Source: a virus | Taxonomy: Duplodnaviria > Caudoviricetes | Reading direction: 5' to 3' (one strand) | Length of the DNA stretch: 64,000 nt | Virus record (IMG/VR): IMGVR_UViG_3300012916_000002 | Span: 908-64,907 of that record | Part shown: positions 9,774-19,219 of the stretch, piece by piece | Layout of the letters: the number at the start of each line of letters is the position of its first letter | Position numbering within the stretch: position 1 is the first letter of the stretch | The notes under the pieces: generated by a model | The model's input: the letters and a program-made list of their open reading frames with translations, nothing else | Told to the model about the DNA's origin: nothing | Database searches by the model: none | Made by a program: the position numbers and the translations under genes

Positions 9774-9820
9774 GGTCCCGAGGGACCGAAGGCCCGTGGG
9801 GACTCGGGACTCCGGGACCC
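9774..9820. repeat. GGGAC repeat cluster upstream of parA (candidate centromere/operator)
   Basis: GTCCC 9775; GGGAC at 9782, 9799, 9806, 9814; GGTCCC-GA-GGGACC dyad 9774-9787. Confidence 0.6.
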
Positions 9821-9887
9821 TATACATGGATCGGTTTGCGCCAGGCAAATTAATTTCCACGTGAAACGGGTGATAGACTCCGCCCTT

Positions 9888-10334
9888 ATGCCGACCGCTC
9901 CACCCGCCGGGCTCTCGCCCGCGTCCGATCCCGTCGTCGATGACCTCGGCACCCAGGCGCCGCCGCCCGCCATCCTCGCCGACCGGATCAACCCGGTCAC
10001 GGGCGACTTCGAGTCGCTCTTCCGCGGGCGCCCGCTCGCCGACGCGTTCGCCATCGAGGCCCTCCGCGTCCAGCGCGGGACGGGCGCCGCCGTCCGGGAT
10101 CTCGGCAACCGGTTCCGCGAGCTGACCCACGTCGAGGACGACGCACCCGAGCTCATCGAGAGCATGACGGCTGAGGCCTTCGCCGCGGCTGAGCAAGCCG
10201 GCGTCGCGCGCCTGATGCAGGTCGTCGTCGCCGCCGACCCGGTGGACCCGGCGCAGCTCGAGACGCGCATCGAATACCGGGCGCTGCTCGAGCCGGGCGA
10301 GGCGGCGCTTCGACGGCTGGTGTTCCCTCGCTAA
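9888..10334 (+). CDS. baseplate wedge protein, Mu gp46-like
   Basis: About 148 aa directly before the baseplate J-like gene; 'ALRVQRGTG..DLGNRF..L' gp46/gpW-like pattern; start ATG 9888. Confidence 0.6.
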   Translation: MPTAPPAGLSPASDPVVDDLGTQAPPPAILADRINPVTGDFESLFRGRPLADAFAIEALRVQRGTGAAVRDLGNRFRELTHVEDDAPELIESMTAEAFAAAEQAGVARLMQVVVAADPVDPAQLETRIEYRALLEPGEAALRRLVFPR

Positions 10335-10352
10335 CGAGCCGTTAAGCGGTGG

Positions 10353-11942
10353 GTGAGCTACGCCACCGAGCGCGAGTATGTCGTCTTTCGCCGGGGTGAG
10401 ATCCGCGAATCGATGCTTCGCGACTTCCGCGAGGGTATCCGGCTCCTACCAAATCCCGAGACCGGGGTGCCCTTCACCGAGGACGAGATCCGGCGCGGCA
10501 CCGCCAAGGGGAGCCGGCTATGGCGCGACTTCGACGCGACCGACATCGTGCTGCTCGGCGTCCAGAAGCGGGATGAGTTCCTCGCCCAGCAGCTGCGCAT
10601 CGACCGGGCGGGCTCGGCCTGGCTCCGGAACTATCACGCCGTGCTTTGGGGCGAGGAGTACCTCGGCGCCTTCGGCGCGTCGGGCGTGGTCCTCGCGCAG
10701 GGTAACCCGGGCGTGGTCTGGGTGGGCTCGACGACGGTGCCCGATCCGTTCGCCGTCTACGGCACGGACGGCGCCGGGCTCCGCTACCAGGTCGTGATCT
10801 CGGGCGAGGCCGACGGTGACGGCGAGGCGCGGCTCACGCTCATCGCCATCGACGGCGGCGACGAGACGAACCTCGCGCCGGGCTCGGTCATCACGTGGGT
10901 CAACGCGCCGCTCGGCTCCCAGGCAAACGCGACGGTCATCGAGGCGGACTTCGCCGGAGGGCTCGACGCCGAGACCGATGCGGACTTCGCCGCCCGCCTC
11001 GCCGATCGCATCCGCCACAAGCCGGCGAGCGGCAACTGGGCGCACGTCCGCGGCTTCGCCCGGCGGGCGAGCGTGAGCGTCGAGGATGCCTTCGTCTACG
11101 CGTGCGCCTTCCACGCGGGCTCGACCCTGGTGGCGGTCGTCCAGAAGCGCGGAGCGGCGACGGGTCCGCTCGCCCGTATCCCGTCGCTCAGCGTGCTGAC
11201 GGAGGTCAGGGCGGCGCTCGTGCCGCCCGCATCGGGCAACCTTCCCGGGCCGCAGTACCTGGTGGTGGTGCCGCCCGTAGCTCAGCCGAGCGACGCCGTC
11301 TTGCGCCTGGCGATGCCCGTCGATTCGACCGTGGGCTGGACGGATCCGGAGCCCTTCCCGCCCATCATCGCCGGCACCTCCGCGGTCGCCATCACGACGG
11401 TCACGACGCAGACCGACGTCCGCATCACGGCCGAGAGCGCCGGGCTCCTGCCGGGCGCCGAGAGCTCGTCGGCGGACGTGCACCTGATGGTCTGGGATGC
11501 GCCGTCGAGTAGCTTCTTCGAGCTGCCCGTGCAGCTCGTGACGGACGTCGGCGCGGGCGTCTACCGAGTCGAGCTCACGGCGCCGCTCGCGGAGAAGGTC
11601 CTGGTCGTCGGCGACTGGGTCTCGCCCGACATGAGCCGGCGGGCGACGCTCGCCTCGGCGGTCACCGAGTACTTCGACGGGCTCGGGCCCGGCGAGGTCG
11701 TCAACCTCACGACGGACGAGCGCGGCTCGCGCGCCTACCGCAACCCGATCCCGAGCGAGGAGGCGCCGGCGAGGGCAGGGCAGGGCATCATCTCGACGGT
11801 CGGCGTAGCGCTAGGCTCTCCTTTGAGCGACGCGACGCTCGCGGCGATCACGTCCTCGCTCCCGCTCGCGCCGAGCGATCCCATCGCCGGGCCAGCGCTC
11901 ATCGTCGCTGGCAAGTTCGCCGTGTACGAGCTCGACTCATGA
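10353..11942 (+). CDS. baseplate J-like protein (Mu gp47-like)
   Basis: 'AIDGGDETNLAPG', 'GGLDAETDADFAARL..R..P.SGN..H', 'GSTLVAV' baseplate J signature. Confidence 0.88.
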   Translation: MSYATEREYVVFRRGEIRESMLRDFREGIRLLPNPETGVPFTEDEIRRGTAKGSRLWRDFDATDIVLLGVQKRDEFLAQQLRIDRAGSAWLRNYHAVLWGEEYLGAFGASGVVLAQGNPGVVWVGSTTVPDPFAVYGTDGAGLRYQVVISGEADGDGEARLTLIAIDGGDETNLAPGSVITWVNAPLGSQANATVIEADFAGGLDAETDADFAARLADRIRHKPASGNWAHVRGFARRASVSVEDAFVYACAFHAGSTLVAVVQKRGAATGPLARIPSLSVLTEVRAALVPPASGNLPGPQYLVVVPPVAQPSDAVLRLAMPVDSTVGWTDPEPFPPIIAGTSAVAITTVTTQTDVRITAESAGLLPGAESSSADVHLMVWDAPSSSFFELPVQLVTDVGAGVYRVELTAPLAEKVLVVGDWVSPDMSRRATLASAVTEYFDGLGPGEVVNLTTDERGSRAYRNPIPSEEAPARAGQGIISTVGVALGSPLSDATLAAITSSLPLAPSDPIAGPALIVAGKFAVYELDS

Positions 11943-12604
11943 CGGTGCCCACGCGCGCGGAGCTCATCTATCGAGCGCTTCGCTCCGCTGCCGGCAAGGG
12001 AGGATCGGCAGAGGACGAGTCGGGCTCGATCGACGGTCTCATCCGTCGCGTGCGAGCGGCCGCCATCGCGAGCGTCGCGGACATGGGCGAGCGCTCGGCG
12101 CTCCAAGCCTTTCCGAACCACGCCACGGACCTGCTCCCGTACTACGAGCGACTCGTCGGTCTCTCCGACGACCCGGACCTCACCGAGCAGGAGCGGCGCG
12201 ACGCGGCGGCGGCGCTCTACACGCTGCAGCAGGCGGCGGATATCCCGAGCATCATCTCGGCGTTGCAGGAAATCGACGCGCGCTTCGACGTGGTTACCGC
12301 CGCGCACACGACCGCGACGACGACGATCGCGGGGCGCGCCTTCGAAGACTACGCCGGCGATCTGCCTTTCCGCGGCGGGCGGCAGAGCACGGGCTACCCG
12401 AATTACTCGAGCGAGCTCGTGCTGCGCATGCTGCTCGATCTCGGTGACGGCGTGCAGCCCGATGCCGCCGAGCGTCGCTCGATGAAGCTCGCTCGCCGTC
12501 TCATGCACGACGTCCTGCCGGCGACGGTAGACCTACAGATCGTCACCCATCGGGGCTTCACGCTTGACGTGTCGAGACTCGACCTCACAAGCTTCGACGC
12601 ATGA
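11939..12604 (+). CDS. baseplate protein, Mu gp48/YmfQ-like
   Basis: ATGA coupling to gp47; 'A.DLLPYYERLVGL..D..LTEQERR'. Confidence 0.75.
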   Translation: MTVPTRAELIYRALRSAAGKGGSAEDESGSIDGLIRRVRAAAIASVADMGERSALQAFPNHATDLLPYYERLVGLSDDPDLTEQERRDAAAALYTLQQAADIPSIISALQEIDARFDVVTAAHTTATTTIAGRAFEDYAGDLPFRGGRQSTGYPNYSSELVLRMLLDLGDGVQPDAAERRSMKLARRLMHDVLPATVDLQIVTHRGFTLDVSRLDLTSFDA

Positions 12605-13731
12605 GCCTTTCGCCCGTCAATGCTGGAGGCTGGGATCCGGAGGAGGTTCTCACCTCCGACCAGATGAACGCCCTGCAGGTCGAGCTGCTCAAAGCGATCG
12701 ATGGCCTCAACGGTGGGTCGTATTCGCTCGGCTCTAATCTGACGTTCAATGGCCCGGGCGAAGTGGTGTTCAACACGCTGCTCTCGATCCTCACCGACCT
12801 CGTGATCGAGGCCGCCGCCTTCCTTCAGGTCGAGGGCACGCTCCTGCTCTCCGGCACGCAGACCGTCACCGGCGACATCAACGTCCCGAGCGGCGGCGAG
12901 ATCAACGTCCAGAATCTCGGGCGCATCGACGTCGAGAGCGGCGGCGATGTCAACCTGGCGGGCGGCGCCGACATGACGCTAGCAGGCACCGCCGGCGGCG
13001 CCGACCTCGATATCGCGGACGGTGCGCGCCTCGGGCTGGCCGGCACGGCGACGCTCTCGGGTGAGATCGAAGTCGTGAGCGGCGGCGAGGTCGACATCCA
13101 CAATGGCGGGCGCATCGACGTCGAGGGCGGCGGCACCGTTAACCTGCTCTCGAGCGCGAAGATCCTCGGCTCGGGCGGAGCCGAGATTCAGGTCTTCGAC
13201 GCCGACGATCTAACGATCAACAGCTCGAGCGGCGCGTTCCGTCTGACACTCACGCCGGTGCAAATCAGCGACACGGGCGGCGTGCCCGACTTCAAGTCGC
13301 ACATCCCGGGCATCCCGACCTGGCTGATGCACGATGCCACCGCGGCGGGCGGCATCCTCTTCGCGGTGCCGCTTCGCCCGGGCGACATCATCACCACTCT
13401 GCGCATGACGCTGCAGGGCCAGGCTGGCGTAAGCGGCCACTCGGCGGCGCCGGCGACACCGCCGAAGTTGCAACTCTGCTCGCTCACGACGGCCGGCGTT
13501 CTCACGGTCATCGGCACGGCCATCGACGGGACGACACACCCGACCTATAACTCGTCGCACCCAGTCACGCTGAGCGGCGGCCTGCTGCCTTACACGGTCG
13601 GCACCGACCTCCTCTTCGCGCGCGTCATCACCGAGGGCGGCGCCGGTGCCGAGGCCGACAAGACCCTGCTCACTGCCATCGATGGCACCCTGATCGCCAA
13701 GAGCTTCCGTGGCTCCAATGAGGTTTACTGA
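12601..13731 (+). CDS. tail fibre/baseplate-attached structural protein
   Basis: Follows gp48; N-terminal 'W...EVLTSDQMNALQ'; repeated 'GG.I.V..GG' beta-solenoid-like units. Confidence 0.6.
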   Translation: MSLSPVNAGGWDPEEVLTSDQMNALQVELLKAIDGLNGGSYSLGSNLTFNGPGEVVFNTLLSILTDLVIEAAAFLQVEGTLLLSGTQTVTGDINVPSGGEINVQNLGRIDVESGGDVNLAGGADMTLAGTAGGADLDIADGARLGLAGTATLSGEIEVVSGGEVDIHNGGRIDVEGGGTVNLLSSAKILGSGGAEIQVFDADDLTINSSSGAFRLTLTPVQISDTGGVPDFKSHIPGIPTWLMHDATAAGGILFAVPLRPGDIITTLRMTLQGQAGVSGHSAAPATPPKLQLCSLTTAGVLTVIGTAIDGTTHPTYNSSHPVTLSGGLLPYTVGTDLLFARVITEGGAGAEADKTLLTAIDGTLIAKSFRGSNEVY

Positions 13732-13919
13732 TGGCTGACGAGACGACCCCGAACCCGCGCGTCGCACACATCGATGCCGAGATCGCCCGCGCCCGAGAGA
13801 AGCTCGAAGCGGCGAACCAGCGCGTGACCGATCTGGAGAAGCAGATCGTGGGCCTCGAGTTCCAGCTCGAGCAGGAGCTCGGCAGAGCCGAGCCCGCGCC
13901 GGCGCCCACCGAGGAGTGA
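13731..13919 (+). CDS. small coiled-coil protein
   Basis: 62 aa heptad repeat; TGATG coupling. Confidence 0.65.
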   Translation: MADETTPNPRVAHIDAEIARAREKLEAANQRVTDLEKQIVGLEFQLEQELGRAEPAPAPTEE

Positions 13920-14305
13920 TGCCGGACTTCGACGCGCGCTTCACCGGCGGGACGACGCTCGAAGTGTGGACGGATCCGCCGCTCGATCAGCGCCCGACGC
14001 GCATCAATCCGTTCGCGCTTCACCCTCACCGCTATCGGCGATCCGAGGTCGGCGAAGAGATCGAGATCGCCGCGACCGTTGCCGGCGTCTCGGCTCCGCT
14101 CGACTCGGCGCTCGACGGGCGCACCTTCCTCGGCTGGTTCGCGGAGTGCCCGGCGTGGCCCGGGCCGAGCGTCACGAGCCCGCCCGGGCAGTCGAGCGTG
14201 CGGCGCTTCACGCCGACCGAGGGCGGGCACTATACCTACGTGCTCCGCCGCATCAGCGGCGGCGGCATCATCCTACACGTCGACGTACTAGGGTTTGATG
14301 GCTGA
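13919..14305 (+). CDS. hypothetical virion-associated protein
   Basis: Coupled ORF in tail operon; beta-rich composition. Confidence 0.6.
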   Translation: MPDFDARFTGGTTLEVWTDPPLDQRPTRINPFALHPHRYRRSEVGEEIEIAATVAGVSAPLDSALDGRTFLGWFAECPAWPGPSVTSPPGQSSVRRFTPTEGGHYTYVLRRISGGGIILHVDVLGFDG

Positions 14306-14648
14306 GTTCATCGACGAGATCTCGCCTCGCTACTACGGCGAGGACCGCCTCCGGCTCACGCTTTCGGATCCGAACCAGGTCCTGCGCGCCTTTGCGCCCG
14401 TGCTCGTGACCGTCGACTACTCGGCGGCGCTACCCGAGGGCATCGTGCTTCCGCTCGAATTCACCGTGACGGCGCCGAGCGCGGTCAACTCCACACGGAT
14501 GGTCTTCCGCCGCTTCGCTCCGAACGAGCTCGCCTTCACGCCGCGCGAGGGCGGCAGCCATCTCATCCGCTTGGCGGAGATGTGGCACAACATGTGGTGG
14601 GGAAAGCTCACGCTCGAAATCGCCGGCGATCGCATCCGCGGCGCGTGA
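14298..14648 (+). CDS. hypothetical virion-associated protein
   Basis: Coupled ORF in tail operon; beta-rich composition. Confidence 0.6.
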   Translation: MAEFIDEISPRYYGEDRLRLTLSDPNQVLRAFAPVLVTVDYSAALPEGIVLPLEFTVTAPSAVNSTRMVFRRFAPNELAFTPREGGSHLIRLAEMWHNMWWGKLTLEIAGDRIRGA

Positions 14649-14695
14649 TACCCTGCTCGGCAAGGCGCGGCCGCTTTCCCAATTGAGGAAGCCGG

Positions 14696-17665
14696 ATGCC
14701 GATTGCTGCCCTGTTTGATATCAACCTCGACGGCGAGGATAGCGGGTATGAAGCCGCGCACGGCGAAAGCCTATCGCTGAAGCTCCGCGACCCGAGCGCC
14801 GCGAGCACGGTTCTCTTCCAGGTCTACAACCCGGCAGGCCCCGACCCGGAGCTCGGCATCGCCGCGAATCCGCCCTTCGCCAGCAAGGGCGCGCCGACGC
14901 TCACGCTCGTCGGAGCCACGAGCGGGCAAGCGGTATCGCCGACGACCGTCGCCGGCGCCGTGACGTGCGCCATGCCGGCTAGCGGTAGCGATTCGTGGAT
15001 CGTCCGATGCGTCGTCAACGGCGGGCGCCGCGAGCTGCCGAACGGCACGACCGTCGTCGACCCGACGCTCATCTATGAGCGCGGCGTCTTCATCCCGACT
15101 GCCTACGGGACGCGAAAGGTAGTGCTCACCGAGCGAGTGCAATTCGAGGCCCATGGCTGGGCGGGCGCGCTCGCCGATCACATGGAAGCCGGCACCGCCG
15201 GCATGCCCACGGATCTCGTCGAGCTCATCGACGACGAGCCGATCGAGTGGACCGCGAGCCAGAAGTTTAGCGGCAGCCTCGTGCTCGGGACCGCGCAGTT
15301 CGAAGGGGTGCCGGCGCCGACGCTCGCCGTGGTGCTGGGCGCGGGCGTCACGCGACTCTACTTCTTCGGTGTAGATGCGGAGATTCTGAGCATCAGCGGA
15401 CCGACCGTCGGGCGACTCGTCCACGTCCATGTCGTCGCTGGGATGAAGCGGTTCGTTGGCTTCACGACTCCCGGCGAGGAGCCCTACATTGCCGGGCCTC
15501 GCGACTCCTTCTGGCTACTGGGCGACGGCGCCGTCTGGATCGTGAGCGAGACGCGCCCATGGTTCACGCCGCCGGGCACGGGCGCGCTCGTGCGGACCAT
15601 CGCTAGCCGTCTGAAGGACGACGTCCTCGTGTCGGACTTCATGACGCCCGCGATGATCGCCGACGCCAACAACTGCACGATGCTCTTCGACATGCAGCCC
15701 GCGATCCAGGCGGCCATCGATTGGCTCCTCTTTCGCTCGATGGGCTTCTCGGGCAACGTGCGCGGGCGCCTGCGGCTACCAGCCGGGAAGCTTCGGATCG
15801 ACCGGACGATTCAGCTCAACTACGGGTATGACTACCGGACGCTCATCTTCGAAGGCGAGGGCATTCTGCGGGGCGGCGAGGGCGGGATGACCGGCACCTG
15901 CATCTACGCGAACTTCGGCGACGCGCCCGCGATCGCGGTGAACGCCGGCATCGATGTGGTCATCAAGCAGATGGCCATCGTCGGGCTCAACGCTTCGCAC
16001 ATCGGCACGGTGCTCGCCGGGCCCGGACCGTACACGATGGACCAGATCGAGCCCGAGGCCTGGGTCGATCCCGAACTGCCGGCGAGCGCGAGCTCACGCT
16101 TCGCCCCGTACGCGGGGATCGCGATCGATCCCTACGCTGGCGCGCAGCCCGTCGTGCACTACCCCGACGTGGATTTCCCGCCCGAATTCGCAGGTGTCGA
16201 GCACCAGTACCTCAAGAACCCGAGCGGCAACATCACGATCGAGGACGTGCGCATCGACGGCTTCGTGGTCGCGGTCGCGCTTCAGCCCTGCGACTACGAC
16301 GGCAACGGCGACTTCGTGCACTTGAACCGCGTCGGGATGTGGTTCTGCACGTACGGGCTCTCGCTCGGCAACAGCCAGGCGCGCTGCACGTCCATGCTCG
16401 ACTGCACGATGGGCTGGCTCCACACGGGCGTCACGACGACCGTGCACGGCAGGCGCATCGGCATGCCGCAGATCACGCTGACGGCCTGCCACTGGATGAC
16501 CGGGATCCAGATCTTCGAGGTGATGAATCTCGGGTACGGCACCGGGCCAGTGCTCACCGGGTGCTTCGCCGAGGCGATGTACAGGCTCGGCAAGTGCAAT
16601 GGCCAATCGCTCGACGCGGGCGGCGTGACTCTCCGCGGCTGCGAATTCGGCTTCACCTTCTGGGAGCGCTACGGCGTGCCGACATGGATCCTCGAGATGA
16701 TGGGCGGCATGCAGGTCGTGCTCGACAACGTGTTCTTCTACACGCCGTCCGTCACCAATGGCTGGGCGGGCTTCCGCTGCACGGGTAGCAGCACGATGGA
16801 CGAGCCCGCCCGACAATTGCAGATCACTGGTGGGCAGATGATCTTCCCCGAGATGGGCGAGAGCCTCGCCGAACGCTGCGCGCTGAACGGCACGCTGGGC
16901 CTATCGGTGAGTCAGGGCTCTACGTGCCTCGATCGCTTCAGCTTCACGAACGGCTACATCACGGACCTCGACACGAATACGCCGGTCAATGCGCCCGTGC
17001 TGCACACCGAGCAGAACCCGGCGCCGCGGAAATACTGCGCGCCGGTCTACGCGAAGAAGCTCAAGTCGCTGACCTTCGGCAATGACCCGGGCATCGACGT
17101 GGCCTGGAGGAGTCATTCTCTACAGATTACGAGCGTCGTCTCCGCCGTTGGGCGAACCGTCACCATCACCGTCGCGGGCGTCACCGCCGCGTCGCTCGCA
17201 AACACCGGCGGAGACGTGGGCGATGCCGTCGTCTACTACGGACACGGAGCAACGTTCTTCGTGAAGAGCCGCACCGGCACGACGCTCGTGCTCTACGCGA
17301 TGACCGGGTTCGACAAGGACGGTAACCTCTTCACCGCGCTCGAAGCGGAAGCTCTCATCTGGCCGATCAACTGCCGGCGCTTCGTACCGCACGCCGTGCT
17401 CTATGGCGACATGACAGCGGCCAGCCCGACGATCACCAATGTGATCTCTGGCGCCGGCGCCGCTCCCGACCTGAGCCTTTACTTCTTCCCGGGCGACTTC
17501 ATTCACGTAGACGCGGAGGTGGACAAGTTCATCGAGCCCGCGAACGCCACGATGGTCTCCATCGACAACACCGCCAAGACGCTGACCTTCGGCGGCAACT
17601 TTCTGTACACACGCCCGCGCATGCGGCTCGGCGTATTCGTGCGCGCCGCGATGCCTAACGCTTGA
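14696..17665 (+). CDS. tailspike/receptor-binding protein with parallel beta-helix domain
   Basis: 989 aa; 'AIQAAID..RLRLPAGKLRIDRTI..LIFEGEG' pectate-lyase-like beta-helix start; position in tail block. Confidence 0.75.
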   Translation: MPIAALFDINLDGEDSGYEAAHGESLSLKLRDPSAASTVLFQVYNPAGPDPELGIAANPPFASKGAPTLTLVGATSGQAVSPTTVAGAVTCAMPASGSDSWIVRCVVNGGRRELPNGTTVVDPTLIYERGVFIPTAYGTRKVVLTERVQFEAHGWAGALADHMEAGTAGMPTDLVELIDDEPIEWTASQKFSGSLVLGTAQFEGVPAPTLAVVLGAGVTRLYFFGVDAEILSISGPTVGRLVHVHVVAGMKRFVGFTTPGEEPYIAGPRDSFWLLGDGAVWIVSETRPWFTPPGTGALVRTIASRLKDDVLVSDFMTPAMIADANNCTMLFDMQPAIQAAIDWLLFRSMGFSGNVRGRLRLPAGKLRIDRTIQLNYGYDYRTLIFEGEGILRGGEGGMTGTCIYANFGDAPAIAVNAGIDVVIKQMAIVGLNASHIGTVLAGPGPYTMDQIEPEAWVDPELPASASSRFAPYAGIAIDPYAGAQPVVHYPDVDFPPEFAGVEHQYLKNPSGNITIEDVRIDGFVVAVALQPCDYDGNGDFVHLNRVGMWFCTYGLSLGNSQARCTSMLDCTMGWLHTGVTTTVHGRRIGMPQITLTACHWMTGIQIFEVMNLGYGTGPVLTGCFAEAMYRLGKCNGQSLDAGGVTLRGCEFGFTFWERYGVPTWILEMMGGMQVVLDNVFFYTPSVTNGWAGFRCTGSSTMDEPARQLQITGGQMIFPEMGESLAERCALNGTLGLSVSQGSTCLDRFSFTNGYITDLDTNTPVNAPVLHTEQNPAPRKYCAPVYAKKLKSLTFGNDPGIDVAWRSHSLQITSVVSAVGRTVTITVAGVTAASLANTGGDVGDAVVYYGHGATFFVKSRTGTTLVLYAMTGFDKDGNLFTALEAEALIWPINCRRFVPHAVLYGDMTAASPTITNVISGAGAAPDLSLYFFPGDFIHVDAEVDKFIEPANATMVSIDNTAKTLTFGGNFLYTRPRMRLGVFVRAAMPNA

Positions 17666-17704
17666 GAGGCTTGGTTGTCGGAGCGCTCGATGGTATCGTG
17701 AGCT

Positions 17705-17824
17705 CTGCCGGGTGTTTCAGCATCTCTGTCGGTCGCGCCTGATTGAGTGGGGATGAGCGACCGGCGCCGACGACCTCACGGAGTCGGCGCCGATACCGCA
17801 GGAACTCCCGGCAGTCTTTTATTT
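17705..17824 (+). ncRNA. candidate branched RNA / attenuator upstream of endolysin
   Basis: Basal stem 17705-17718/17801-17814, inner stems 17730-36/17757-63 and 17762-71/17783-92, then TCTTTTATTT; TGGTATCGT extended -10 at 17691-17699. Confidence 0.5.
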
Positions 17825-17834
17825 GCGCGAGGGG

Positions 17835-18692
17835 ATGACCGTGACCGACGTCGAACAACCGCGCCCGAGCGAGTGGCGGAAGCTGATGAAGCTCGGCGAC
17901 GTCGGCAACGACGTGAGCGCCTGGCGCTTCGTCCTGCAGCTCGACGACTTCGATCTCACGGGCGATCACACCGCGTTCACGACGACCGTCCATAACGCGA
18001 CCGTCGCCTGGCAGAAGGCGCGCGGGCTCCGCCCCGATGGCGTCGTCGGTGAATCGACTCGAGCCGCCATCAACCACGAGGTGATTCAACGGCCCGCGGT
18101 GACCTTCGATCCGGACGCCGTTCCGTACATCGAGGCCGTCAACTGGACGCGCTCGGTCGGTCCGCAGCCGAAGACGCTCATCGTCCTGCACTCGATGGAG
18201 GCTGCCGAAGCCGCGAGCACGGCGGAGAACGTCGCCGCCTGGTTCGCCGGGCAGCGCGGCCCGGCGCCGAGGACCAGCGCGCACTACGCGATCGATGCCG
18301 ATAGCGTCATCTGCTGCGTCCCGCCGGACCGCATCGCCTGGCACGCGCCCGGCTGCAATACCGCGGGCATCGGCCTCGAGCACGCCGGCTACGCCCGGCA
18401 GAGCCGGGCGCAGTGGCTCGACGACTACTCGATCCGCATGCTGATGCTGAGTGCCGAGCTCACCGCCTGGCTCTGCAAGCGCTTCTCGATCCCGATCCAG
18501 TTCATCGGCGCCGACCACATCAAGCGCGGCGGTCGCGGCATCACGACGCACGCCGAGGTGACGCGCGCCTATCCGGAGAAGGGCGACCACACGGACCCGG
18601 GCGTCTTCTTTCCGATCGCGGAGTACCTCCGCTTCACCGTCGAGGCACAGACGCATGCTACCCGGGGGGCGTCCGACGTCAACTCGAGATGA
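17835..18692 (+). CDS. endolysin: peptidoglycan-binding domain + N-acetylmuramoyl-L-alanine amidase
   Basis: 'LGDVGNDVSAW..WQKARGLRPDGVVG..T' PG-binding; 'IVLHSME', 'TSAHY.ID', 'AWHA..N..IGLEH', 'DHTDPG' zinc-amidase motifs. Confidence 0.93.
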   Translation: MTVTDVEQPRPSEWRKLMKLGDVGNDVSAWRFVLQLDDFDLTGDHTAFTTTVHNATVAWQKARGLRPDGVVGESTRAAINHEVIQRPAVTFDPDAVPYIEAVNWTRSVGPQPKTLIVLHSMEAAEAASTAENVAAWFAGQRGPAPRTSAHYAIDADSVICCVPPDRIAWHAPGCNTAGIGLEHAGYARQSRAQWLDDYSIRMLMLSAELTAWLCKRFSIPIQFIGADHIKRGGRGITTHAEVTRAYPEKGDHTDPGVFFPIAEYLRFTVEAQTHATRGASDVNSR

Positions 18693-19158
18693 TGCTACGA
18701 TCGATGTCGTGACCGATCCGCCCTCCTACCAGAACCCGATCATCTCGGTGCGCACCTCGAAGATTGACCAGCTCAAGGCGACGGTCGCGGGACCCTCGGG
18801 CACCATCCTCGCCATCATCACGGCGTTGGGCGGACTGATCGGCGTCGTGCAAACCTACCAGGAGAGCCGCGATACGGCGCGCGTCTCGTACGAGACCCTG
18901 GCGCGGGCCGTCGAAAAGAACGCGTCGGAGATCGCTGCGTGCCGGCAGGACCAACTCAACTCCCAGGCCTGGATGGAAGACATGGCCGTGCGCTTCGAGC
19001 GCAAGCAGGAGACCACCGAGAAGGCGCTCACACGGAAGGTCACCCGGGCCGCCGCGCCGCCCGTGCCGGCACCCGTGCTCGAGCCGCCGCCCAAGCCGCC
19101 CGTCGCCGTCGTGCTGCCGGAGCGGGCGCCGCTCCCGACGTTCGAAGCGCTCGAATAG
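18655..19158 (+). CDS. membrane-anchored lysis accessory protein (holin/spanin-like)
   Basis: Single TM 'TILAIITALGGLIGVV', coiled coil, Pro-rich tail; follows endolysin; start uncertain. Confidence 0.5.
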   Translation: MLPGGRPTSTRDDATIDVVTDPPSYQNPIISVRTSKIDQLKATVAGPSGTILAIITALGGLIGVVQTYQESRDTARVSYETLARAVEKNASEIAACRQDQLNSQAWMEDMAVRFERKQETTEKALTRKVTRAAAPPVPAPVLEPPPKPPVAVVLPERAPLPTFEALE

Positions 19159-19210
19159 GATCCATTGGACGAAGGTCCCTTCGGACTTCGGGACGATCGT
19201 CCAATGGATC
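19159..19210. terminator. long hairpin between convergent operons (probable bidirectional terminator)
   Basis: Perfect 14-bp IR GATCCATTGGACGA 19159-72 / 19197-19210 plus inner GTCCC/GGGAC stem. Confidence 0.65.
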
Positions 19211-19219
19211 GAGCCGCCT

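Noticed and set aside
14696-17665. Diversity-generating retroelement acting on the tailspike
   Set aside because: No reverse transcriptase and no template/variable repeat pair seen
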